64,000 nucleotides of DNA, from positions 4,393 to 68,392 of the forward strand of contig JBDIAW010000006.1 in assembly GCA_039812585.1 (NCBI GenBank). The letters are read 5' to 3'. The stretch is from Actinomycetota bacterium (GTDB taxonomy: Bacteria > Actinomycetota > Actinomycetes > JBDIAW01). Made by a program: the position numbers and the translations under genes. Below the pieces are notes generated by a model. It saw nothing but the letters and a program-made list of their open reading frames with translations, was not told where the DNA came from and searched no databases. This document shows positions 56,184-64,000 of the stretch, piece by piece; position 1 is the stretch's first letter; each line of letters begins with the position of its first letter.

Positions 56184-59100
56184 ATGACCACCGCTGCCCC
56201 TGCTCACCCGCTGGCGCGTTTTAGCCCCGCCACCCGGGAGTGGTTCACCACCTCGTTTGAGGCTCCTACCGCCGCTCAAGCCGGGGCGTGGCAGGCCATT
56301 AGCAGCGGCAGCGACACGCTGGTCATCGCTCCCACCGGCTCGGGGAAAACCTTGGCCGCATTCCTAGCCGCCATCGACGAACTGGTCAGCACTCCCACTC
56401 CTGCCGATGAGCTGGCGCGCTGCCGCGTGCTCTACATCTCCCCGTTGAAAGCGTTGGCGGTGGATGTGCAACGCAACCTGCGGGCCCCTCTGGCTGGCAT
56501 TGGGCACACCGCAGCACGCTTGGAGCTGTCGATCAGCCCCGTGCAGGTAGGCATCCGCACCGGTGACACCCCACCGCAGGAGCGCCGCCAACAGGCCAGC
56601 CATCCCCCCGATGTGCTGATCACCACTCCGGAGTCGTTGTTCCTGCTGCTGACCTCGGCGGCACGGGCCAGCCTGGCCGGGATACGCACGGTGATCCTCG
56701 ACGAGGTCCACGCCTTGGCTAGCACCAAGCGGGGTGCGCATCTGAGTCTGAGCCTGGAACGCCTGGATGCGCTGCTGCCGCAGCGGGCCCAGCGCATCGG
56801 CCTGTCCGCGACGGTGCGACCCGCCGAGGAGGTGGCGCGCTATCTGTCGGGAGCCAGCGAACAGGCCGTGGCCATCGTGAACCCCCCGAGCACCAAGCAG
56901 TTCGACTTGCAGGTGGTGGTGCCGGTTGCTGACCTGACCCAGCTTGGTGCCTCCACGCCAGCCACCGCTTCGCCCCTGCCCCATGCCGGTCCAGCTGCAG
57001 GAGCCAGCCCCTCCGCGCCGTCTGGACCGAGTCTGTGGCCGCACGTGGAGGAACGCATCAGCGCCTTGATCTCCAGCCAGCGCTGCAGCTTGGTCTTTGC
57101 CAACTCCCGCCGCCTGGCCGAGCGCCTGTGCACCCGCCTCAACGAGCTCGCCGCCGATCGGGCTGCAGCCGCCGAGCCTGGCCAGGCCGACGAGCTCACC
57201 CCAGAGGGCGCACCCCCGGTGGTGGCGCGAGCGCACCACGGCAGCGTCTCCAAGCAGCAGCGGGCCGATATTGAAGACCAGCTCAAGGCCGGGATTCTGC
57301 CCGCGGTGGTGGCCACCAGCAGCCTGGAGCTGGGCATCGACATGGGGGCCGTGGATCAGGTGATCCAGGTGGAGGCCCCACCCTCGGTGGCCAGCGGCCT
57401 GCAACGCATCGGCCGGGCCGGGCACAGCGTCGGGCAAGTCTCCAAAGGGGTGCTGTTCCCTAAGTCTCGTGCCGACTTGATCCCTACCGCCGTCGTGGTG
57501 CAGCGGATGCGCGCTGGCCTCATTGAGCACCTGGTCGTGCCGCGTAACCCGTTGGATGTGCTGGCGCAGCAGATCGTGGCGATGACCGCCCTGGACCCCT
57601 GGGGCGTGGAGGATCTGTTTGCCCTGGTGCGTCGTAGCGCCAATTATTCCACGTTGACTCGGCCCGTCTTTGAGGCTGTGCTGGACATGTTGGCGGGGCG
57701 CTACCCCAGCCAGGACTTTGCCGAGTTGCGGCCTCGCCTGGTGTGGGACCGCGCCAGCGCCACCCTCACCGCACGACCTGGAGCGCAACGCCTGGCGGTC
57801 ACCAGCGGAGGCACCATCCCCGACCGGGGGTTGTTCGGAGTGTTCCTGGCGGGCTCGGGTAGCGAGTCGGGTAGCGGCTCCGGGCCGGGCAGCAGGCAAC
57901 CCCGTCGGGTTGGGGAGCTGGACGAGGAGATGGTGTATGAGTCCCGGGTGGGTGATGTGTTCACCCTGGGAACCAGCACGTGGCGTATCGAGGAGATCAC
58001 CCGCGACCAGGTGTTGGTCAGCCCAGCACCGGGGCAACCGGCCAAACTGCCGTTCTGGAAAGGTGACACGCTGGGCCGCCCACTGGAGTTGGGGCGGGCG
58101 GTGGGGCAGTTCGTGGCCTCGCTAGGGGCGCTGACCCCCCAGCAGGCCATGGAGCAGGTCCGGGACAGCGGGCTGGATCAGTGGGCAGCGGAGAACCTGC
58201 TGCGTTATGTGCAGGCCCAGCGGGAGGCCACGGGCCATGTGCCCGACCACCAAACCTTGGTGGTGGAACGTTGCCGCGACGAGATCGGCGACTGGCGGGT
58301 GGTGATCCACTCCCCGTTTGGAGCGGCGGTACATGCTCCCTGGGCGTTGGCGATTGCGGCGCGGATCCGGCAACGCTACGGCCTGGATGCAGCGGTCATG
58401 CATGCCGATGACGGGATCGTGCTGCGCCTGCCCGACAGCGAACACGTCGGGCTGGGCGAGTTGGGCGGGCTGGGCGAGGCAGGTGAGGCCTCCCCCAGCT
58501 ACCTTGGCGACCTGCCCTCCAGTCACGACCTGGCCGAGTTGCTCCGCTTCGAGCCTGACCAGATCGAGGCCATCGTCACCGAAGAGGTGGCTGCCTCCGC
58601 CCTGTTCGCGGCCAGGTTCCGCGAGTGCGCCGCGCGCGCCCTGCTGCTGCCTCGGCGCAACCCCGGCCGACGCACCCCCTTGTGGCAGCAACGCCAACGC
58701 TCCGCTCAACTGTTGGCTGTAGCCAGCCAATACCCCAGCTTCCCCATCGTGCTGGAAACCATGCGCGAATGCCTGGTCGACGTGTTTGACCTGCCCGGGC
58801 TTCGCGAACTGCTCAGCCAGATCGCCTCGCGCACGATTCGCCTGGTTGAGGTGAGCACCCCCACTCCCTCTCCGTTTGCCCAGTCGTTGCTGTTCGGCTA
58901 CGTCGCGCATTACCTCTACGAGGGCGACTCCCCTTTGGCCGAGCGCCGCGCTGCCGCCTTGACCTTGGATCCGCATCTGTTGGGGGATCTGCTGGGTAGC
59001 GATGGTTACAGCCTGGCCGATCTGTTAGACCCTGCAGCGGTGGAGCAGGTGCACGCTCAGTTGCAGTGGCTCACGCAGGCCCGCCGGTTACGCGACGAGG

Positions 59101-61055
59101 AGGCAGTCGCCGACGCGGTTCGGGTGCTGGGTCCGCTGTGCCAGCAGGAGTTGCTGGACCGGGGAGCCACCGTGCAACACCTGCAGATACTCCTGGACGC
59201 CCATCGGTTGCTGCTGGTGCGCATCGGCGGCCAGCAGCAATACGCCGCTGTGGAGGACGCGGGGTTGCTGCGTGACGGGTTGGGCATTCCCTTGCCGATG
59301 GGGGTGCCGTTGGCCTTCGCTGAGCCCACCACCGGTGCGGTGCGCCAGTTGCTCACCCGCTACGCCCGCACCCGGGGGCCATTCACCGCAGCCAGCGCCG
59401 CGCAACGGTTGGGGTTGGGCACCTCGGTCGTGCTCGACGTGCTGCAGGGGTTGGCCAGCAGTGGTCAGGTGATCAGCGGGCAGTTCCTCCCTGAGGGAAT
59501 GCCCCTGCCAGGCGGGCAGCCCTCCAGCGGCCCGCAGTGGTGTCACGCGGAGGTGGTGCAACGCCTGCGCCGCGCCAGCCTGGCCAGCCTGCGCCAGCAG
59601 ATTGAGGCCGTGCCGGCGCAGGTGCTTCCTGCCTTCACCACCGCCTGGCAGCAGGTGCAACCGGTGCCCCACCCCCGCCCGCCCGGCTCCCGGCCTCAGC
59701 CCTCCCGCTCGGGGCTTCGCGGCGTGGAGGGCGTGGCTAGCGTTATCGAGCAACTCCAAGGGGTGGCGCTTGTGGCCAGCGACCTGGAGACGTTGATTCT
59801 GCCCAGCCGCGTGCCCGATTACACCCCGGCGATGCTGGATGAGCTGACCGCCAGCGGGGAATTGACCTGGGTGGGCGCCGGCAGCCTGCCCGGGGAGGAT
59901 GGCTACCTGTGTGTTGCCCTGGCATCAGCGGCCCCACTGCTGCTTCCCCCGCCGGCGCCTCGTGAGTTTTCCCTGCTGGAGCAAGCAATTCTTGACGTTT
60001 TACCCCCCGGGGCCGCCATGTTCTTTCCGGCGCTGCTGTCCAACGTGCAGACCCACTCGCAGGCACGGGAGCAACCCAGCGTCTCGCAGTCAGACGTGGG
60101 CCAGGCGGTTTGGGACCTGGTGTGGTCGGGCTGGTTGACCAACGACACGCTGGCTCCGGTGCGGGCTTTGCGCGCAGGGACCTCCCGGGCTTCTCGCACC
60201 CCGCGCGCACCGCGTGCTGCTCACCGCCCGGTGCGGCTGCGCTACTCCCGCCCGGGTTTAGCCACCTCCTGCGCTGCCTCCCCGGTGCCCACCGTGGCCG
60301 GGCGATGGTCGCTGCCTCCGGCCCGGGAGCCGGATCCGACGCGACGTTGGGCTGCCTTGGCTCAGGTGATGATGGAGCGTCATGGCGTGGTGACCCGGGG
60401 CGCGGTGGTCGCCGAGGATCCACCCGGGGGTTTCGCTGCCCTCTACCGGGTGTTGGCCGCGATGGAGGAGTCGGGCCACTGCCGCCGGGGGTACTTGGTG
60501 GAGGGGTTGGGAGCCAGCCAGTTCGCCACCGCTGGAGCCATTGACCGTCTGCGCGCCATCGCCACGCAGACCCAGCAAGCCCAGGAGTTGGCACAGGCCT
60601 GCGCTGGGCTGCCCGAGGCGTGGCGCGCGCCCACTCCCTCCGGCTTAACCCCCGGCCTGCCCAGCGGGCACTCCAGTGACCCTGCGGTGTTCGTGCTGGC
60701 CGCCACCGACCCGGCCCAGCCTTTCGGGGCGGCCCTGCCCTGGCCTGCGCTGAGCCAGGATTGCCCCACCGGCCACAAGCCGGGCCGTAAAGCCGGGGCG
60801 GTGGTGGTGTTGGTGGGCCCCCAACTGGTGTTTTACCTCGAGCGGGGGGGTAAATCCTTGCTGGCTTACAGTGACCAACCTCCGCTGCTGGCTGCCGCCT
60901 TGCAAGCGCTGGCCGACTGCGTACGCTCTCACCGCCTCCCCAGCCTCACGCTGGAGCGCCTCAATGGTCAACCCCTGCTGGGCCACAGCCTCAGCCCCTT
61001 GGTGGAGTCAGCGGGCTTCACCCCCACCCCTCGTGGTCTGCGGTTGCGCGGGTGA
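56184..61055 (+). CDS. lhr: Large helicase-related protein Lhr (superfamily-2 ATP-dependent DNA/RNA helicase with a long C-terminal extension)
   Basis: Motif I is VIAPTGSGKTLAAF, motif II is DEVHAL, motif III is SAT and motif VI is QRIGRAGH. At about 1620 aa the size is typical of actinobacterial Lhr, and the gene is followed by nei as in mycobacteria. I chose the start at MTTAAP (56184). Confidence 0.8.
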   Translation: MTTAAPAHPLARFSPATREWFTTSFEAPTAAQAGAWQAISSGSDTLVIAPTGSGKTLAAFLAAIDELVSTPTPADELARCRVLYISPLKALAVDVQRNLRAPLAGIGHTAARLELSISPVQVGIRTGDTPPQERRQQASHPPDVLITTPESLFLLLTSAARASLAGIRTVILDEVHALASTKRGAHLSLSLERLDALLPQRAQRIGLSATVRPAEEVARYLSGASEQAVAIVNPPSTKQFDLQVVVPVADLTQLGASTPATASPLPHAGPAAGASPSAPSGPSLWPHVEERISALISSQRCSLVFANSRRLAERLCTRLNELAADRAAAAEPGQADELTPEGAPPVVARAHHGSVSKQQRADIEDQLKAGILPAVVATSSLELGIDMGAVDQVIQVEAPPSVASGLQRIGRAGHSVGQVSKGVLFPKSRADLIPTAVVVQRMRAGLIEHLVVPRNPLDVLAQQIVAMTALDPWGVEDLFALVRRSANYSTLTRPVFEAVLDMLAGRYPSQDFAELRPRLVWDRASATLTARPGAQRLAVTSGGTIPDRGLFGVFLAGSGSESGSGSGPGSRQPRRVGELDEEMVYESRVGDVFTLGTSTWRIEEITRDQVLVSPAPGQPAKLPFWKGDTLGRPLELGRAVGQFVASLGALTPQQAMEQVRDSGLDQWAAENLLRYVQAQREATGHVPDHQTLVVERCRDEIGDWRVVIHSPFGAAVHAPWALAIAARIRQRYGLDAAVMHADDGIVLRLPDSEHVGLGELGGLGEAGEASPSYLGDLPSSHDLAELLRFEPDQIEAIVTEEVAASALFAARFRECAARALLLPRRNPGRRTPLWQQRQRSAQLLAVASQYPSFPIVLETMRECLVDVFDLPGLRELLSQIASRTIRLVEVSTPTPSPFAQSLLFGYVAHYLYEGDSPLAERRAAALTLDPHLLGDLLGSDGYSLADLLDPAAVEQVHAQLQWLTQARRLRDEEAVADAVRVLGPLCQQELLDRGATVQHLQILLDAHRLLLVRIGGQQQYAAVEDAGLLRDGLGIPLPMGVPLAFAEPTTGAVRQLLTRYARTRGPFTAASAAQRLGLGTSVVLDVLQGLASSGQVISGQFLPEGMPLPGGQPSSGPQWCHAEVVQRLRRASLASLRQQIEAVPAQVLPAFTTAWQQVQPVPHPRPPGSRPQPSRSGLRGVEGVASVIEQLQGVALVASDLETLILPSRVPDYTPAMLDELTASGELTWVGAGSLPGEDGYLCVALASAAPLLLPPPAPREFSLLEQAILDVLPPGAAMFFPALLSNVQTHSQAREQPSVSQSDVGQAVWDLVWSGWLTNDTLAPVRALRAGTSRASRTPRAPRAAHRPVRLRYSRPGLATSCAASPVPTVAGRWSLPPAREPDPTRRWAALAQVMMERHGVVTRGAVVAEDPPGGFAALYRVLAAMEESGHCRRGYLVEGLGASQFATAGAIDRLRAIATQTQQAQELAQACAGLPEAWRAPTPSGLTPGLPSGHSSDPAVFVLAATDPAQPFGAALPWPALSQDCPTGHKPGRKAGAVVVLVGPQLVFYLERGGKSLLAYSDQPPLLAAALQALADCVRSHRLPSLTLERLNGQPLLGHSLSPLVESAGFTPTPRGLRLRG

Positions 61056-61220
61056 GCAGATGCAGACCGCCTTCCAGAGGTAGTCATCGGCACCTTCAAG
61101 CTTGCGGACTGGACACTTCGCAGTGGGGTTCTGCGCTTCTTGACGGGAACACCGGCCACGATGCGCACTACCGTGATCCTTGCCTTGGTGGCTTTCTCTG
61201 GTCAAGAAAGGGGCGCTTAC

Positions 61221-62051
61221 GTGCCTGAGGGTGACACAGTCTGGCTCACCGCCCAGCGCTTGAATCATGCGTTGGGCGGGCAGGTGGTGCAACGCAGCGA
61301 CTTTCGCGTGCCCCGCTACGCCACCACCGACCTGTCAGGGTGGTGCGTGCAGCAAGTACTTTCCCGGGGCAAGCATCTGCTGATGCGGCTCACTGCGCCT
61401 GCTGCGTCAGGGAATGACTCCCCACCGCTGAGCATCCACAGCCACCTGCGTATGGACGGCAGCTGGCACCTTTACCCCCTGACCGACCCTCGAGCGGCCC
61501 GGTTGAGCCGTGGGTGGCAGGTGCGGCTGGCCCTGTGGACCAGCAGCACGGTGGCTTTGGGGCTGCGGCTGCCCATCATCGACGTGGCCCCCACCTCCCA
61601 GGAGTCACAGTGGGTGGGTCACCTGGGGCCGGACCTGCTGGGCCCCGACTGGGATGAGCAACTCGCGTTGAATCGCCTGCTGGCTGACCCGCACCGGGCT
61701 ATCGGACCCGCCTTGCTCGACCAACGCAACCTGGCGGGTATCGGCAATCTCTACAAGTGCGAGGTGCTGTTTCTCTCCGGCCTACATCCCGGGCGTGCCG
61801 TGGCGGAGATCGAGCTCTGCCGTCTGCGCGACACCCTAGCGTTGGCTCAACAGCTGTTGCACCGCAACCGGGAGATCCCCGAGCAGGTCACTACCGGTAA
61901 CCGTTCCCGAGGGCAGCACCACTGGGTTTACGAGCGGGCGGGCTTACCTTGCCGCCGTTGCGCCAGCCCCATCCAGCGCGCCGAACAACCCGAGCCCCAC
62001 CACCCCGGCCAGGAGCGCATCACCTACTGGTGCCCGCAATGTCAACGGTGA
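61221..62051 (+). CDS. nei: Endonuclease VIII / formamidopyrimidine-DNA glycosylase family (Nei)
   Basis: The GTG start gives M-P-E-G (catalytic Pro2). There is an H2TH region, and the C-terminal zinc finger is CRRC...CPQC. Confidence 0.75.
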   Translation: MPEGDTVWLTAQRLNHALGGQVVQRSDFRVPRYATTDLSGWCVQQVLSRGKHLLMRLTAPAASGNDSPPLSIHSHLRMDGSWHLYPLTDPRAARLSRGWQVRLALWTSSTVALGLRLPIIDVAPTSQESQWVGHLGPDLLGPDWDEQLALNRLLADPHRAIGPALLDQRNLAGIGNLYKCEVLFLSGLHPGRAVAEIELCRLRDTLALAQQLLHRNREIPEQVTTGNRSRGQHHWVYERAGLPCRRCASPIQRAEQPEPHHPGQERITYWCPQCQR

Positions 62052-62551
62052 GCGGAGGAGGAGGCAGCAGCGTAAGGACGAGCCCCAGCCACCCTCACCC
62101 CACGGCCCTGTGCTGGGCTAGGAGCACTTGACTCCGATGCAGACTGGGGGCAGGGCAGGTTGCTAAGCACACTTCCCACGTATATACCGCTCGGTGGATA
62201 AGTAGCTAAAACGTCTGCGCTGGTCTTCAGAGCCGGTTCGAGGTATTTCTTCAGGCTCCCTCGATCATCAGAGATGATGCCTTGCGTTAAAGCATTCTGT
62301 AGCTCACAGGCTGTTGCTTTGACACTCACAGCCAAGCGTGTCATTTTTGGCGTGTCGGTGGAATTAGTTTCTTGTAACTTCTGCAGTTGCGTCAGGTTCT
62401 CGAAAAGAAGTGCCAGCTGTCGCTTATGCGCTGGAACCGGCAAAGGGCTGTAGGAGAGACTTGCCTGTGGCTCATCAGGGGTGAGTGCAACCCCATCAAC
62501 GGTTTCCAATGTCGCGGTCATGATGCTCCCTTGCCGTAAGGTGCGGATCAC
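62042..62551 (-). CDS. Hypothetical protein (about 160 aa) in a small low-GC islet
   Basis: The ORF covers a segment of about 50% GC, and the AT-rich part corresponds to residues MTATLETVDG...KYLEPALKTS. No motif is recognised. The 3' end overlaps the nei stop region. Confidence 0.35.
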   Translation of the reverse strand: MIRTLRQGSIMTATLETVDGVALTPDEPQASLSYSPLPVPAHKRQLALLFENLTQLQKLQETNSTDTPKMTRLAVSVKATACELQNALTQGIISDDRGSLKKYLEPALKTSADVLATYPPSGIYVGSVLSNLPCPQSASESSAPSPAQGRGVRVAGARPYAAASSSAHR

Positions 62552-62720
62552 CTGGCTGAGACCCGCCTAGAGGTTCAACTCTGAGCAACATTAGGCATGT
62601 AACGGGCTAAACATGACAAAAGGCACTAGCCATCACCTGAAACGCGGCCAGAAAGATCCCGCCTAGCCCCCGCCCACTCCTCAGTGAGGCAAACCTTCAT
62701 GACCATCACCCGCCGACATG

Positions 62721-62735
62721 GTTACTTTAAGTAAC
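62721..62735. promoter_or_regulatory. Perfect 6-3-6 palindrome GTTACTTTAAGTAAC in the promoter region of the low-GC hypothetical gene (candidate operator)
   Basis: The symmetric site GTTACT-TTA-AGTAAC lies about 170 bp upstream of the 62551 start and just downstream of the pgsA stop. Confidence 0.3.
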
Positions 62736-62752
62736 ATGCGGAGGGGGTGGTA

Positions 62753-63439
62753 TTACCCCCGCAGGTCGCTGGCGCGGCCTCGGGCCAGCACTGAGGCTCG
62801 TAACCGCCACGCCCGGCGCAGGTAATCCAAACCGGTGACCACGGTGACGACCACGGCTGCGGCCAACACTGCTACGCCCAGGGTGTGACCCCAACCAGTA
62901 ATCGGCATGATCAATAATCCCAGACCGATAGCCTGCAGCAGGGTTTTCGCCTTACCTCCACGGCTGGCCGCGATCACGCCATAGCGCAGCACCCACAGGC
63001 GCAGCAGGGTGACCCCCAGCTCCCGCCCCAGGATGATCACGGTGATCGGCCAGGGGACTTCTCCCAACCAGGACAGGCCAACTAAGGCAGTGCCGGTCAG
63101 GGCCTTGTCGGCGATCGGGTCGGCTACCTTACCCACGTCTGTGATCAGGCCACGGCGGCGGGCCAGATCTCCATCGAGCAGGTCGGTGAGGGCCGCAGCG
63201 CCGAACAGCACCGTGGCCCACCAGCGCCAGCCCCGGTCCTGGCCTTGCTGTGCCACCAAGACCACGGCAAACAGGGGCACCACGACTAGGCGCAGCAACG
63301 TCAAGGCGTTGGCGATGTTGTAGACACTGACCGGGCGCGAGGCAACTGCCCCCGCAGGCAACACCGGGGCAGCAGCAGCAGTTGTGGAGGCGATCTGGCT
63401 CATATCCGCCTGTCCTGCTCCGGTTGTGCCTGCGCCCAC
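62753..63439 (-). CDS. pgsA: CDP-diacylglycerol--glycerol-3-phosphate 3-phosphatidyltransferase
   Basis: It has the CDP-alcohol PT signature DLLDGDLARRRGLITDVGKVADPIADKA and is multi-pass hydrophobic. The conserved rimO-pgsA adjacency is present. Confidence 0.75.
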   Translation of the reverse strand: MGAGTTGAGQADMSQIASTTAAAAPVLPAGAVASRPVSVYNIANALTLLRLVVVPLFAVVLVAQQGQDRGWRWWATVLFGAAALTDLLDGDLARRRGLITDVGKVADPIADKALTGTALVGLSWLGEVPWPITVIILGRELGVTLLRLWVLRYGVIAASRGGKAKTLLQAIGLGLLIMPITGWGHTLGVAVLAAAVVVTVVTGLDYLRRAWRLRASVLARGRASDLRG

Positions 63440-64000
63440 AGATCCACACCCTCGCTATCCACCACCTGGGCGGGCACCACGTCGCCGATGCTCACCGTGC
63501 TCCCGGGGGTTAGTCTCAGCGTAGTGCCACCATCGGTCTGCGGGCCCTGATGGGCACAGCGACCCTGGGCCTGCTGGGGAGGGGTGTGAAGGGGCTGCCC
63601 CGCGTCAGGCTCCAGGCTCTCCACCAGCACGTGCACCTGCTGACCCACCCGCTGGGCGGCGCGCTGCTCGCTCAGGTGCTCCACCAAGCTGGCCAAGTGC
63701 TCCACCCGGTCGTCGATGTCCTGCTGAGGCAGGTGGTCGGCCAACCCTTCAGCCTCGGTGCCCTCCTCGTCGGAGTAGCCAAAAACTCCCACCGCATCGA
63801 GGTTGGCCAGGTTGAGGAAGCGCTCCAACTCTTGCACATCCGCTGAGCTCTCCCCCGGAAAGCCCACAATGACGTTGGTGCGCACCCCTGCCTGCGGAGC
63901 TTGGGCGCGGATCTGAGCCAGCAATTCGAGGAAGCGGTCAGTGTCGCCAAAACGGCGCATCCGGCGCAGCACACGTGCGCTGGCGTGTTGGAAGGACAGG
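63400..64000 (-). CDS. rimO: Ribosomal protein S12 methylthiotransferase RimO (C-terminal part; the gene continues past the window end)
   Basis: The radical-SAM / MTTase C-terminal region has GVRTNVIVGFPGES...FLNLANLDAVGVFGYSDEEGTEA and a TRAM-like end. The reading frame is open to position 64000. Confidence 0.65.
   Translation of the reverse strand, partial: LSFQHASARVLRRMRRFGDTDRFLELLAQIRAQAPQAGVRTNVIVGFPGESSADVQELERFLNLANLDAVGVFGYSDEEGTEAEGLADHLPQQDIDDRVEHLASLVEHLSEQRAAQRVGQQVHVLVESLEPDAGQPLHTPPQQAQGRCAHQGPQTDGGTTLRLTPGSTVSIGDVVPAQVVDSEGVDLWAQAQPEQDRRI

Noticed and set aside
56364-58037. A 557-aa minus-strand ORF inside lhr (others at 59743-60594 and elsewhere)
   Set aside because: It is antisense to the lhr helicase frame, which carries clear SF2 motifs. 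It has Arg/Gly/Pro-rich junk composition.

Overview
This is a high-GC (about 65-70%) actinobacterial chromosomal segment made up mostly of core housekeeping genes. Gene order matches several well-known Mycobacterium/Corynebacterineae-type blocks. These are glnA2; garA(FHA)-MerR-DUF151-MerR followed by DUF881-DUF1290-DUF881; a parA-like/scpA/scpB/rluB/cmk/der block; a divergent LysM gene and lexA with Cheo-type SOS boxes; hflX ... miaA-miaB-recX-recA with a perfect SOS box; lhr-nei; and pgsA-rimO at the right edge (rimO runs off the window). Other confident calls are map, typA, an MIP aquaporin, a Zn-dependent ADH, a type I-beta DAHP synthase + pheA pair, two large membrane GGDEF-EAL proteins, a fused NDP-sugar pyrophosphorylase/phosphohexomutase, one tRNA-Pro(GGG), and several hairpin terminators. 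No CRISPR array, rRNA, transposase or integrase was seen. The interesting material is accessory-like. (i) Several short lower-GC islets each carry a single unrecognisable ORF (about 1290-2750, 31750-32650, 62050-62560, and the start of the window). (ii) A scramblase/LURP-one-like gene with a Pro/Gln-rich N-terminus sits between scpA and scpB. (iii) There is a tandem pair of diverged paralogous membrane-anchored genes encoding a periplasmic-domain + VWA(MIDAS) architecture, with somewhat lower GC. (iv) A eukaryote-style tandem-duplicated 829-aa phosphofructokinase has a second half that has lost its catalytic motifs. (v) A DUF1508(YegP)-domain protein is fused to a long Lys/Ala-rich histone-H1-like tail encoded by near-perfect DNA tandem repeats. 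(vi) Two copies of a roughly 62-bp GC-rich palindromic element (GGGGGTTGTCGCA...TGCGACAACCCC) lie at convergent gene ends. All protein calls come from motif recognition by eye in the supplied translations. No database search was run.
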